Shown: positions 8,953 through 18,584, counted from the first letter of the stretch. The stretch: DNA of 64,000 nucleotides from a virus (IMGVR_UViG_3300036820_000014:1-64000); one strand, 5' to 3'. Made by a program: numbers and translations. The notes: generated by a model not told the origin, from the sequence alone.

Positions 8953-8957
8953 CGGTC

Positions 8958-9251
8958 CTAGTCGATATCTGCGACGTCCTCATCGCCGACAAGATCGCTG
9001 CCGTGAACGGGACAATTCCTGTTGCAGGCGGCATATCCGTAGTCGTATTCCTGCCTGTGCTGGTTCCCGCAGATGCAGATGCGAGCGAGGACACCGAGCA
9101 GGATTGAGCGGAGCCGGGCGCGCTCGTTCAGCTCGGCCATGGCGACGGGATCCCTGAGATCGGCAAATGTGATCCCTCCTCGGCGAAAGGTGATCTTCGG
9201 GAAGGCGTCGCCGATCGGAGTCGTCGCCGGCCACGGGGTGAACCTGGTCAT
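8958..9251 (-). CDS. Hypothetical protein
   Basis: ATGA overlap with parB-like gene; Cys/His C-terminus. Confidence 0.55.
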   Translation of the reverse strand: MTRFTPWPATTPIGDAFPKITFRRGGITFADLRDPVAMAELNERARLRSILLGVLARICICGNQHRQEYDYGYAACNRNCPVHGSDLVGDEDVADID

Positions 9252-9889
9252 CGGACGGGTGCCCCAAGCGGGTATGAGCAGCGAGGGCGATCCGAACGGT
9301 GGCCGTCCATGATCCGCACAACGTCCTCGGGCTTCGCGTCATCAGGGAGAGGCAACGATCCCAAACACACCATGCATCGGACGGTAGTCCACGTCTCGCG
9401 GCTTACAAGAGCCGAAGCTGGGAGGGGCACTCGACGCCGCCGACGGGAGGGTCGCTGCGGAGGGTCGATTAAAAGGATGCGCCGACAGATATAGGACTGG
9501 CTTCTGCCCACCCGGGCTGCCACCTCGTGTTGGCTCATTCCAGCATCGATCAAACGCTTGAAGGCTCGTGCCTCGTCAGCGGGCTCCAGGGATCGACGTT
9601 GAAGGTTTTCCGTCAGCATCACCACTTGAGCATCGAGTGGCGAAAGACCCTTCTCGACCACGGCCAGTACCTCATCGATGCCGAGCCTTTGAGCGACGGC
9701 GTGACGACGATGACCGGCGAGAATCCGAAAGCCACTCTCATCGTCATCGGGGATCACGATCAGCGGAGCGAGTATCCCGGACGCTCTAACCGACTCCTGG
9801 AGCTCGGAGAGATCGCCCATCGACGAACGGGGGTTGTCCACCGAGGGATGAAGATCGTTTATGTGAAGCAACTCCAGGGTGCGTGCCAT
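9248..9889 (-). CDS. ParB/RepB/Spo0J-family protein
   Basis: NPR, GILAPLIV, ILAGHRR, ENLQRRSL, HTH SQHEVAARVGRSQSYI. Confidence 0.9.
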   Translation of the reverse strand: MARTLELLHINDLHPSVDNPRSSMGDLSELQESVRASGILAPLIVIPDDDESGFRILAGHRRHAVAQRLGIDEVLAVVEKGLSPLDAQVVMLTENLQRRSLEPADEARAFKRLIDAGMSQHEVAARVGRSQSYICRRILLIDPPQRPSRRRRRVPLPASALVSRETWTTVRCMVCLGSLPLPDDAKPEDVVRIMDGHRSDRPRCSYPLGAPVR

Positions 9890-9934
9890 CGGCTCTCGTC
9901 ATTGTGCCCGCGACCGCGATAGGCGCTGGGGGAT

Positions 9935-10237
9935 TCAGTTCATCGGCCATAGGACCACACATCCCACGGCGTCTTCGGGTGGGGTCGGGTAGTCCTCCTC
10001 CGTGTATCCGTCAGCATCGCGTGCCTCTGGGTCCATGAAAGTTTCGCCTACCCACGGCGTCCGAGGCTCGGCACGATAGAACACCGACGAGCAATCCGAG
10101 AGTGGCGAATATCTGTTCCCTTCGCCGTCACTGCTCAGAACAACGAGGCAGTCGTCTGAGAAGTCGTCAAGCCACGACCTGAGTACGGCAACCGTTATGG
10201 CGGGAGGCTGAGGCGGTTGCGAATTCGTGTCGCTCAT
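9935..10237 (-). CDS. Hypothetical phage protein
   Basis: VVLSSDGEGNRYSPL...VVLWP motif. Confidence 0.7.
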   Translation of the reverse strand: MSDTNSQPPQPPAITVAVLRSWLDDFSDDCLVVLSSDGEGNRYSPLSDCSSVFYRAEPRTPWVGETFMDPEARDADGYTEEDYPTPPEDAVGCVVLWPMN

Positions 10238-10533
10238 CGTTTGCCATTGCCGGCCGTGGCCGTCTTCATCCGCTCCAGCTCGTCAGCCGCCACCTGAACA
10301 GCACGGGCAACCTCGGGACGTTCGAGCGCCCGTTCGAGCTCAGCCATAGAAGGCCTGCGCGTACAGAGCGTCTCGTCGGCCCAGAAGAAGACCGAGAGCA
10401 GCCCACACAGAGGACACACCATGACGTCGCCGTCGTCTGGCAAGGAGCCCTTGTCGGTCTGGCCTTCGAGGCCCGTGTTGACCACCCAGCAATGAGCACA
10501 GTGGACCTGGAGCGGTTCGGCGCTAGCTGTCAC
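10234..10533 (-). CDS. Zn-binding hypothetical protein
   Basis: CAHC...PDDGDVMVCPLCG. Confidence 0.6.
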   Translation of the reverse strand: MTASAEPLQVHCAHCWVVNTGLEGQTDKGSLPDDGDVMVCPLCGLLSVFFWADETLCTRRPSMAELERALERPEVARAVQVAADELERMKTATAGNGKR

Positions 10534-10739
10534 GGCAGAGCCGACGCCTCACGGCGCACCAGTGCGTCAGAGACACCCGAGGCCCTTGATATGGCCATCC
10601 AGGACTCGCCGGCGTCGTGAGCCTGAGCCCAGAGCCGTCTCCGCCTCTCGATCAACTGGTGACGTTCGGACATCACTTCAGCCAGGCTCAGTTGGAGCCT
10701 GACGAGTTCGTTGAGGACCTGAGCGGCCGGTGGTGTCAC
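10530..10739 (-). CDS. Small HTH protein
   Basis: AHDAGESWMAISRASGVS. Confidence 0.65.
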   Translation of the reverse strand: MTPPAAQVLNELVRLQLSLAEVMSERHQLIERRRRLWAQAHDAGESWMAISRASGVSDALVRREASALP

Positions 10740-11149
10740 GCGCTGGGCAACTCGGTGAGATCCACGAACCAGCCGCAGCGAGGGAATGCCAGAACGCCGA
10801 TCATGGAGTCCTGGTGGAGCACCTCGCCGTCAGTGGTCACCACCACGGCCTGGGACCAGATGGCTGGCACCGAGTCATCAGCATCGAGCATGTTCACGTT
10901 GTCGATCGCTAGCCGCACAGTGTCGAGAGGAGCGCCCAGCCGGCGGAGTTGCCGAGCGAAGGCCACCTCCCTGACTTCGTCCATTGAGAACCCTCGCTGG
11001 GTACCTGTTCCGTCCGCCTGTCGAACCGGGCGAATGGTACCCACGCGGATCCAGTAATCCAACTCTCGGTAGGTGCACCCGACGAGTAGGCACACATCGG
11101 TCGATGACAGAAGCTCTTCGATGGTTGGGGTCGCGCTCACAAGATCCAC
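10736..11149 (-). CDS. MerR-family transcriptional regulator
   Basis: DVCLLVGCTYRELDYW...GTGTQRGFS...LRRLGAPL. Confidence 0.85.
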   Translation of the reverse strand: MDLVSATPTIEELLSSTDVCLLVGCTYRELDYWIRVGTIRPVRQADGTGTQRGFSMDEVREVAFARQLRRLGAPLDTVRLAIDNVNMLDADDSVPAIWSQAVVVTTDGEVLHQDSMIGVLAFPRCGWFVDLTELPSA

Positions 11150-11179
11150 GCTACATCCGTACCCGAATGCGGGTGCGGA

Positions 11180-11398
11180 CTAATCCTCCTGAGCTAGTTC
11201 GATGTACAGGACCGAGGATCCTGGGATCACGACCCACCCGTTACGGGTGTCAACCGAGAGGCGCCAGCCGTCGCTCGGGTCCGAGATGACGAGGTTTTCA
11301 AACTTCTCTTTGACTTCCTCCATCTCCGCATCGCTAGGCCGCGCCCAGTCAAGCCCGCGGATGATCTTCCCACCCTTCAGGTGGATCTTCGTGATCAT
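11180..11398 (-). CDS. Hypothetical protein
   Basis: Strong RBS AAGGAGGAG before MITKIHL. Confidence 0.6.
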   Translation of the reverse strand: MITKIHLKGGKIIRGLDWARPSDAEMEEVKEKFENLVISDPSDGWRLSVDTRNGWVVIPGSSVLYIELAQED

Positions 11399-11480
11399 GG
11401 CAATCTCCTCCTTCTCGTTCGGGTTCTCCCCTACAGACCTGCCCACGCTCCGGGCGGGAAGGGACTCGGCGTTCGGAGTG

Positions 11481-11924
11481 TCAACCACCGGCGAGCACCG
11501 CCGTTCGGACCTGCTCGATTTTGCCGAGCTCAGGCGGGGTCAGAGAATTGGACCTCATCAGCTCGTAGTAATACGGCAGGCGCTCTTCCGGCGTCAGATC
11601 CGACCAGCACGATTCGCACAACGGAAAGATCCCGAATCCCCGGTCGTTATAGGTAGTGACGTGGGGTTCGTGAAGGCTCTTCGTCTCGGTCCATGCCTCG
11701 GATTCCTGCCACCCATGACCGCAGCGGAAGCAGGATCCGAACCCCAGACTGGCAGCGAACCGCGATCGGCGCTCGTAGCCAGCAAGCTTCTCGGTGGGAG
11801 CCATGACCTTGGTGCCGTCGAAGTCGCCAGCCGGGGTCATGCTGGCAAACCAGACGCCGGGGAGCTGAGGTTCTGGTGCCTCTTGGATGCGTCGCCAGAA
11901 CTTACGCACTCGCTTAGGGCCCAT
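11481..11924 (-). CDS. Zn-finger hypothetical protein
   Basis: CFRCG...FPLCESCW. Confidence 0.6.
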   Translation of the reverse strand: MGPKRVRKFWRRIQEAPEPQLPGVWFASMTPAGDFDGTKVMAPTEKLAGYERRSRFAASLGFGSCFRCGHGWQESEAWTETKSLHEPHVTTYNDRGFGIFPLCESCWSDLTPEERLPYYYELMRSNSLTPPELGKIEQVRTAVLAGG

Positions 11925-12333
11925 ATGGCGACTGGCCGACTAAGGCACTGATGCCGCTCAGTACCGCTTGCCAGTCTCCGGTGAATGGGACCGCCCGATC
12001 ATCGACGTAGGCGATGGCCCCCACCTTCTCGTGAGTGATGGCGTCGTACTCGAGGCGGTGTTTGTCCATCCAGGCGGTGATCCCGTCGAGGCCATCCTGG
12101 TGGTCGGCTCGCGTGCTGAAGATCACTATCCGGTAGCCCAGGCGGTGGAGGTTGGTGAGGAACTCGCCAGCGCCGAGGATTGGCGGTTCGTCGGCCGGCA
12201 CGCTGCCGCACCAACCAGCGGTATATGGGTGGAGCGTGCCATCGAAGTCGACACAGACGGTGCGTGCCAAGGTGGCGAACCAGTCCTTTCGTTGTTGAGC
12301 GTCAGCCCATGGTGGATAGACCTTCAGTCCCAC
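11914..12333 (-). CDS. HAD-superfamily phosphatase (PNKP/5'-nucleotidase-like)
   Basis: VCVDFDGTLH, IFSTR, YVDDRA. Confidence 0.85.
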   Translation of the reverse strand: MGLKVYPPWADAQQRKDWFATLARTVCVDFDGTLHPYTAGWCGSVPADEPPILGAGEFLTNLHRLGYRIVIFSTRADHQDGLDGITAWMDKHRLEYDAITHEKVGAIAYVDDRAVPFTGDWQAVLSGISALVGQSPYGP

Positions 12334-12596
12334 GATGCAAGCTCTGGGTTCTCCTCGATCGGGGCCTCTCGATCGAGGTAGTCGTGAGCGATCGACCAGG
12401 CGTTCTGTGGATCCTCGCCGCAAAGCTCCAAAACCTGTTCGGCCTCCTCGATCCGGGCGATGAGGCCCCGGACGTAGTGGACCCGGATGTAGATGTCGGT
12501 CTTCCGGGTGGAACGTCCCCTGGCGAAGCCCGAGAGCCTCTGCTTGACCTGGGCCAGCTGCTCGTCTGAGATCGGACTGGCAGGGAACCTAGGCAT
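12324..12596 (-). CDS. Hypothetical protein
   Basis: Overlaps neighbours on the coding strand. Confidence 0.5.
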   Translation of the reverse strand: MPRFPASPISDEQLAQVKQRLSGFARGRSTRKTDIYIRVHYVRGLIARIEEAEQVLELCGEDPQNAWSIAHDYLDREAPIEENPELASWD

Positions 12597-13248
12597 CTGA
12601 GCTGGCCGCTGGTAGGACACGGAGCGTGGGCGGTTCGGCAGCGTCTCGGGCGATCTGACGCTCACGCTTGAGACGCTCGAGCTTGGCGTTCAGCTCGCCA
12701 ACGGTGATCTGTTCCACGGTGACGTCGCCGGTGAAGGTGACCTGTGGGGCCTGCTTGTAGAAGTCCTGGACCTTGGCGTACTGGTCGAATAGCCAGCGGA
12801 GGTGGCCCATCGCCTGGTCCGCTCGTTCGGCTCGCTCGGCTCGTTCCTCCGGCGTGGCGTTTCGAGCCTTGCCGGTAGTGGAGTCGATGACCTCGGTCTC
12901 TGAGCGGGTGGACGGGTCCCACCACCTGAGGATCTGGCGCTCGAGGCGGGCGAGGTGAAGCTGACGGGCCTCCTCTGTGGCCTTGGCCGTTCGCTGCATC
13001 TCGTCGACGAACTGGGCCTTGACCGTGTTCGGCTTCTTGCCAAGGCGTCGGCCCACCTCGGCGTAGGTGGCGCCGGCGAGGACGAGTGCGACGATCTGGC
13101 GGCGCTGGTCCAAGCGTCGGGCCTTGGCCTCCATGGAGAGCCGGGCACGGCGCTGCTTGTACGTCTCGGTCCGCGCGGTCGCCTGTGTGGTTCCTCGAAC
13201 GACTGGCGCGTTGCCGTGGGCGGAGGGCTCAGTCGTCGACATGCTCAT
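12589..13248 (-). CDS. Probable terminase small subunit (HTH)
   Basis: LVLAGATYAEVGRRLG HTH, EARQLHLARLE helix, beta-rich C-terminus; resembles actinophage TerS. Confidence 0.65.
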   Translation of the reverse strand: MSMSTTEPSAHGNAPVVRGTTQATARTETYKQRRARLSMEAKARRLDQRRQIVALVLAGATYAEVGRRLGKKPNTVKAQFVDEMQRTAKATEEARQLHLARLERQILRWWDPSTRSETEVIDSTTGKARNATPEERAERAERADQAMGHLRWLFDQYAKVQDFYKQAPQVTFTGDVTVEQITVGELNAKLERLKRERQIARDAAEPPTLRVLPAASSDA

Positions 13249-13519
13249 AGGTTGCCTCAAACACGTCGGGCTTGCACGGGTACAACTCGTCCTTCACGCC
13301 ACGGATGATCCAGTCGTTTTCAACGGCCAGCATGTCGCCTTCGGGTGTCGGGATCACCAGGCCCAGACGGGCACTCCCATCGGGATACACCCACTCGCCA
13401 TGAGGCTGCGTCTCGTAATCCGTGCCCGCGCCGACGAACGCGCACATCTCCGACCAGTTATCCCATCGGAGCTGAAGCGCTTCGATGACGATCGGCTTCT
13501 TGCGGTAGCGGTCAGCCAC
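13229..13519 (-). CDS. Conserved phage protein (YRKKP...CKPDxF family), copy 1
   Basis: RYRKKPIVIEALQ...TPEGDM...DWIIRGVKDELYPCKPDVFEATYE. Confidence 0.8.
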   Translation of the reverse strand: MADRYRKKPIVIEALQLRWDNWSEMCAFVGAGTDYETQPHGEWVYPDGSARLGLVIPTPEGDMLAVENDWIIRGVKDELYPCKPDVFEATYEHVDD

Positions 13520-13597
13520 TAGCCAGCCAGATCAGGTTGCAAATGGCCGCGGCGACCAGCATGCCCCAGACGAATCCGGATACCCACGGGGTCGTCC

Positions 13598-13939
13598 TCA
13601 CTCCTGCCCCTTGAACATGACGGCAAGGAGGTGATCGTGGAGGGCTATGGCCATCCGCTCGGACCCGTCAGGCGAGTAGCCAGCGTCGAGGCATTGCTTC
13701 CTATAGCCGTCGACGGCTTCTCGCACGACCTTGAGGCTTTCGATGACCATCAGCATCGCTTCGGTGGCCTCGGCTAGTGGGTCAACCTTGGGTGTCTCTT
13801 CGGGTGTGACATTGGTGGCCATAACATTCCCTTCCTCTTTAAGAGCGCGGAAGCTCTCGCACAGGCATATCTCGCACGCGCCTCCGGTGCTGTAGTCGTG
13901 ATCGCTTTCGAGGTCGGAGCAGAGGCATCGGTTGGGCAT
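13598..13939 (-). CDS. Hypothetical protein
   Basis: TGATG overlap; possible second start with RBS at 13822. Confidence 0.5.
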   Translation of the reverse strand: MPNRCLCSDLESDHDYSTGGACEICLCESFRALKEEGNVMATNVTPEETPKVDPLAEATEAMLMVIESLKVVREAVDGYRKQCLDAGYSPDGSERMAIALHDHLLAVMFKGQE

Positions 13940-14264
13940 CAGCGAACCTCTTCGAAGCTGTAAGGCCGAAGCTCTCTGGGTCCGGGTGGTCGAGCAGATG
14001 TTCCGGCTTGCTCGTCCTGAGCGCGTAGAGGTTGATCACGCTCATCGAGCCGTAACCCCATCGGTCGGCGAATCGCATGCAGCGCCCGATCGTCCGATCG
14101 TCGATGAAGCTGTCGGCTGTGGACGGGTTGAGCATGATCCAACAGAGCCGGGGGAGTCCGCTCCAGGACCGCACAAGTCGGTAGCGGTAAAGCTCATCGC
14201 CCGAGATGTCGGCGGACTTTACGACCAGTGGGGGATCGACCATGTCAGTAAGCCCGAGGATCAT
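13939..14264 (-). pseudogene. DUF1643-family gene, internally deleted/frameshifted
   Basis: YRYRL, WIMLNPSTAD, DDRTIGRC, VINLYA present; C-terminal AWG/HPLY motifs missing. Confidence 0.6.
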
Positions 14265-14285
14265 CGTCGCTGAATAACTCCGAGC

Positions 14286-14537
14286 TCACCGTGCTGGCCT
14301 CATGTGGGGCGAATCGCTATAGCGGGCGAGGAACTCCATCAGCTCGTCTGTCGAGTCCCACCTGATGTCGCCACGCCGGCCGCACCAGCAGAGGAGGCGG
14401 TAGTCATCGCCCTTCCGCTCAAGCGCCACGTAGGTCCCGGGGTCGAGGCATGGGCAAGGTGGGAACCCTGGCCAGTCCGAAACGTCTCGATAGCCGAAGA
14501 CGATCTCCCAGCCCGGGTCGATGGTCGGCTGGCTCAC
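14286..14537 (-). CDS. Zn-ribbon hypothetical protein
   Basis: CPC...CWCG; GTGA overlap. Confidence 0.5.
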   Translation of the reverse strand: MSQPTIDPGWEIVFGYRDVSDWPGFPPCPCLDPGTYVALERKGDDYRLLCWCGRRGDIRWDSTDELMEFLARYSDSPHMRPAR

Positions 14538-15241
14538 GTCGCCTCCGTGGCGTCGAGGGCTGCCAGGGCGTCGACAAGTGCCCCGAACTCGCATTCACGA
14601 TCGTGCTCGTTGGAGCCTTCCTCCACGTTCCTGATGTGAACGTGGCAAAACACGCACTCATGCGGCGAGTAGCCGCCGAACCCAAAGCCGTCGTCGAAGG
14701 CACATATCTTCCGCGCCGCTTTCACAACCCGCTCCATCTTTTCAAGGTCAGCCCAGATGTCCTCGTTGTCAGTGCGCGATCTATCCACCTCTTCGATGGC
14801 TTCTTCGTTAAGCCCCTTTTCGCAAAGTTGGCGGTCGAACTTGGATTGCATCTCGGTTGGCTTGGCTCCGAGCCGGATAGCGAGGTTGCGGTAGTAACAG
14901 GTCAAATCGATCCACCGCTGCTCTTCGTTCTCCAGGGCTTCTGCCTTACGTGCTGCGGTCACGGACTCAGCTGCTTCCACGACGTCGCACAGACGATTGA
15001 GTTCTCGGGCGAGGGCAGTGAGTTTCAACTCAGCTGCTCTACCGAGTCGCTCCTGTTCCGTTGTCCCACTCCGCCATGCGAGCGGAAGAGGCACGTACGC
15101 AATGACGGTCTCGTCGGCCACCGCTTCCCGAACGATGTTCATTCGTAGCGTTCCGAGGAGGCCGTAACTCAACTTCCACTTACCAGGCGTGATCCCTGAG
15201 AGAAGGGCCTGGATCTGCGCTAGTCGTTCGGGGCTGATCAC
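14534..15241 (-). CDS. Hypothetical protein (Ead/Ea22-like N-terminus)
   Basis: ITPGKW motif, coiled coil, CVFC...H...C. Confidence 0.6.
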   Translation of the reverse strand: MISPERLAQIQALLSGITPGKWKLSYGLLGTLRMNIVREAVADETVIAYVPLPLAWRSGTTEQERLGRAAELKLTALARELNRLCDVVEAAESVTAARKAEALENEEQRWIDLTCYYRNLAIRLGAKPTEMQSKFDRQLCEKGLNEEAIEEVDRSRTDNEDIWADLEKMERVVKAARKICAFDDGFGFGGYSPHECVFCHVHIRNVEEGSNEHDRECEFGALVDALAALDATEAT

Positions 15242-15304
15242 AACGTCACGCTCTCATCCTCTCGGTAAGAGTTGGCGTCATTGCACATCGCATGGCAGGT
15301 GTGT

Positions 15305-15733
15305 CTAGGCACGACGCACCGTCCCGATCGCCGCAACGATGAGAGCTCCGGCCTTTATAAGACGTTCCTGGAGGCTGTCGATTGGCTTGCCATCGTTCGC
15401 CGAGATGAAACCCTTCTCGTCCCACGGCCACATCGACGATTCCGCCAGCAGGTACGCCACAGCTGCGCTCGAGAACTGTTCCGGGTCGTGCAGATCGTCG
15501 TGCGCCAGCGTGTATCCGAGCTCGATCTGACGCCGGCGTTCAATGGCGATCAGGTCAAGAGCTGCCCGATCGTCGTCCTGGATCTGCGCTCGGTGTTCGG
15601 GGGTGATCACAATGTCACCCTCGCTAACGTGCAGCATCACGACTGGAGGCCGGTGGCAGTCATCGTCGTGTCCGAACTTGGCAATGTCTGCACCACACCA
15701 CGGGCAGAAACGGGGCTGGCTTTCCTCACGCAT
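15305..15733 (-). CDS. Conserved phage hypothetical protein
   Basis: ERRRQ...GYT.AHDD...WPW...LIKAGALIVA. Confidence 0.7.
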   Translation of the reverse strand: MREESQPRFCPWCGADIAKFGHDDDCHRPPVVMLHVSEGDIVITPEHRAQIQDDDRAALDLIAIERRRQIELGYTLAHDDLHDPEQFSSAAVAYLLAESSMWPWDEKGFISANDGKPIDSLQERLIKAGALIVAAIGTVRRA

Positions 15734-16024
15734 CACTCTTCCTCCAATGCCCAATGCAGCATCCCAATGCGTGCAGACGGGCCGAGGCCCGGCGTGCTGA
15801 CACATCGAAGCGTCTCTGAATCGCTTACGCCCCCGTCGCTCACTCTCACTACAAGCACAGCGCCCGTGACGATCGGAGGACCCTCGAAGTCCACCGCATC
15901 AACTCCGTCCAGAAGTTCTTCGGTGTGAGCGGAGACCCATTCGGACAGAACTTCTCTGCAACTATCGAGCCTCATCTGTCGTCTCGTCTCCCCTCGTTGT
16001 CGGAGCGGTGACCGGCGAAAAGGG

Positions 16025-16423
16025 TCACTGAAAACATCCGATCTTGGCGGCGAAGTCGAGCATCGAACCTTCACCGTCTTCCCGCCAGATCATGGGCACC
16101 CACATCAGATGGAGGCCAAGGCACCGCGCCTTGTCGTGAAAACACGATGGGCAATAGGTACCTCCTCGACTGCCGTGGACCCGTACGTAGAGATCGTCGC
16201 TCGACATCCACACCACGTACCTGCGCCCGCATTCGGAGCACACCTGCACATTGTCTCGGTGCCAGATGACCCGCCACATGGCGCGACACATCGCCCGATA
16301 CTTTCGCCGGCCTCCGAACCTCCGAATATCCGACTTGAGCAGGGCAAGCCAGTAGGAGAGATTGAGGTCGTGCGATACGCCCCTCGCCCCACCCTCGCTA
16401 CTCGTCACGGCCTGGCTTCCCAT
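16025..16423 (-). CDS. Zn-finger protein, paralog A
   Basis: CSECGRRY..W...GTYCPSCF. Confidence 0.6.
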   Translation of the reverse strand: MGSQAVTSSEGGARGVSHDLNLSYWLALLKSDIRRFGGRRKYRAMCRAMWRVIWHRDNVQVCSECGRRYVVWMSSDDLYVRVHGSRGGTYCPSCFHDKARCLGLHLMWVPMIWREDGEGSMLDFAAKIGCFQ

Positions 16424-16462
16424 GCTTTGCGAACGTCCCCCACCTCAGCCTCGCTTAGCGGG

Positions 16463-16774
16463 TCAGGCATCGGTGACCTTCTCGTACGTCGCTTCGAAGA
16501 TGTCGGGCTTGCAGGAGTAGAACTCGTCCCTCAAACCTCGGATGATCCAGTCGCCTATATTCGCAGCCATCGTTCCTTCAAGCGTGCGAACAAGCATCAG
16601 CGGACTCCTGCCGCCCTCAAAGCGAAACAGCTCGGTGAGGGAGTATGTGTTGCCCTCGGGATTCTCCAGGTGGGGCCTCGCCCAGTCGCATATAGCTATG
16701 TAACTCTCGAAGCCCTTGAACTGCATTGCCTCAACGACAAAGGGCACGGGCTTCTTGCGGTATCGGTCACTCAT
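16463..16774 (-). CDS. Conserved phage protein (YRKKP...CKPDxF family), copy 2
   Basis: RYRKKP...TLEGTM...GDWIIRG...CKPDIFEATYE. Confidence 0.8.
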   Translation of the reverse strand: MSDRYRKKPVPFVVEAMQFKGFESYIAICDWARPHLENPEGNTYSLTELFRFEGGRSPLMLVRTLEGTMAANIGDWIIRGLRDEFYSCKPDIFEATYEKVTDA

Positions 16775-16999
16775 TTACTCGCTCCTCTCGTCGGGTCGGT
16801 TGGGGGGTGCGTCCATCGCTATCCAATGGCGCTTCATGACCCGTTCCGCTGTGTCACGGATCTCTTTGGCGTACCCGCCTTGCGGATCACGCATGATCGA
16901 GTCCACAGCTCTCAGCACGTCGCGGGTCCCAGCGTTCGGCCGCGCTATCTGCACGCGTGCAACCCATAGCTCTCGGATGACGTTGTCGAGACCGCTCAC
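16775..16999 (-). CDS. Hypothetical protein
   Basis: Contiguous ORF. Confidence 0.5.
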   Translation of the reverse strand: MSGLDNVIRELWVARVQIARPNAGTRDVLRAVDSIMRDPQGGYAKEIRDTAERVMKRHWIAMDAPPNRPDERSE

Positions 17000-17032
17000 G
17001 TCGTCCCACCCGCCCGGTCTGTGACGGGGTGG

Positions 17033-17332
17033 TCAGACATCGGCGTCCTCCACTTCGTCTTCCATGAGCCAGCCGAAGTGCGCGGCGACGAGACGGCGGG
17101 CCTTGGTGAGAACGTCGCAGGGGACATGCTCGGTATAGCGACGTTCCAAGAGCTCAAAGCCACGAAACCTGGAAATGAGGGGGAGGACGCCGTACTCTGA
17201 GTTGGTCGCTTCAACGATGCAACGGTGCATCATCTCGCTGGCCTCCTCCATTTGTTGCTGGGTCACGTCATCAGGAAGCGCTCCGGTCGCGATGTGGAGT
17301 GGTTCCCCTCCGCAAGTCCCGCAGACGCTCAC
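17033..17332 (-). CDS. Hypothetical protein
   Basis: Contiguous ORF. Confidence 0.45.
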   Translation of the reverse strand: MSVCGTCGGEPLHIATGALPDDVTQQQMEEASEMMHRCIVEATNSEYGVLPLISRFRGFELLERRYTEHVPCDVLTKARRLVAAHFGWLMEDEVEDADV

Positions 17333-17643
17333 CGTCGCGCCCCAAGTGCCAGCCGATCACGACACCGGATCACGAGACGTCCTCAGGCAGTTCGCCGAGC
17401 ACCATCCGCGTCGCCTTCTCGCAAATGAAAATCTCGTCGTGAGTGAGGTGACGATCCCACCAGAAGATTGAGTCCGACGGGCTAGAAGTGTCGACGTACT
17501 GCGGTTGCAGCCCGGCCTCGCTGATGGCAACCTCGAACTCGGCGGCAGCACTGATGCGCCATGCGTCGTACTCCCAGCGCTTCTCCCAATCGAAGGGCGC
17601 CCCAAGTGCCAGCCGACAGGTGGTCATGAGGCGACGGGGGTAG

Positions 17644-18207
17644 TCAGACATTCCGCTGAGGCTCCACGCGCTCTGGGCACGGCTCGGTTCCGCACCTGTG
17701 ATCGCTTGCAGTCGGATGCAGTACGCGATGTGCCGACTGGGAGTCCATGTGCTGCTCCGCTTCGGCATTCACACGGCTGTCGCGATAGGTGACGCCCGGC
17801 ATCGTGTCCTCACGGTTCTCGTCCGGGTAGGGCGTCTCGTAGGGCCAGCCGAGCAGCCGAGCGATCGCACCCCAGTGGCCCTGCGGCACCTGAGCCTTCT
17901 CGTTGTCGTGAAAGTGCGGATCGGGTTCGCCCATAAGCAGCCGGTCGCGGACCGGATCGCCCCACCAGTTCGTCGTTGCGACGCCATCTCGGCGAGTCAC
18001 GATTGGAGTCCACGTCAGTCGGATACCTGCTTCATGGGCCAGCTTCTCGAAGCACCGAGGGCAGCGGGTGCCGTGGTAGTGGCCGATCAGCTCGTCCCAC
18101 AATGGTTGTGGAGAGTGCCAGAGCATGTACCCACGTCCGCAGATCCCGCAGACCTCGTGGCCATCGTGATCGGGATGAGTCATGTCCTCGAACGCCAGCT
18201 CGGACAT
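17644..18207 (-). CDS. Zn-finger protein, paralog B
   Basis: CGICGRGY..W...GTRCPRCF; TGATG overlap. Confidence 0.6.
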   Translation of the reverse strand: MSELAFEDMTHPDHDGHEVCGICGRGYMLWHSPQPLWDELIGHYHGTRCPRCFEKLAHEAGIRLTWTPIVTRRDGVATTNWWGDPVRDRLLMGEPDPHFHDNEKAQVPQGHWGAIARLLGWPYETPYPDENREDTMPGVTYRDSRVNAEAEQHMDSQSAHRVLHPTASDHRCGTEPCPERVEPQRNV

Positions 18208-18584
18208 CAATTCTCGTCTCCCTCGCAATCACGCCGGAACGTGTTGAGTTCCGGATCCCACTGGTAGCAGCACGCACCGACCAGCTTGTAGACGTCGTTG
18301 AGCGCATCCATATCGGGCTCGAACACGGTCATGCGCTTGCAATGGAGACACTGGCCACCATCGACAAGCCGACCGCAAAGCCGCAGAGCAGCGGTGGTCG
18401 GATTCCCTGCGGCGGCGGTCTCGAACCGTCCATCGGAGTACTTGGCAACGACGAACCACACCGTGGGCTCCTCGTCGTCGGACCACCGGACCTGGACCTC
18501 GTTGACGCCGGTTCGCCGCATGAGGTCAAAGGCAGCCCTGAACTGAGGCGGCATCGGGTTTGCCGTCTCGGTCATCGAATGCAC
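18207..18584 (-). CDS. Conserved actinophage hypothetical protein
   Basis: SDDEEPTVW...VDGGQCLHCKR...WDPELNTF. Confidence 0.7.
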   Translation of the reverse strand: MHSMTETANPMPPQFRAAFDLMRRTGVNEVQVRWSDDEEPTVWFVVAKYSDGRFETAAAGNPTTAALRLCGRLVDGGQCLHCKRMTVFEPDMDALNDVYKLVGACCYQWDPELNTFRRDCEGDEN

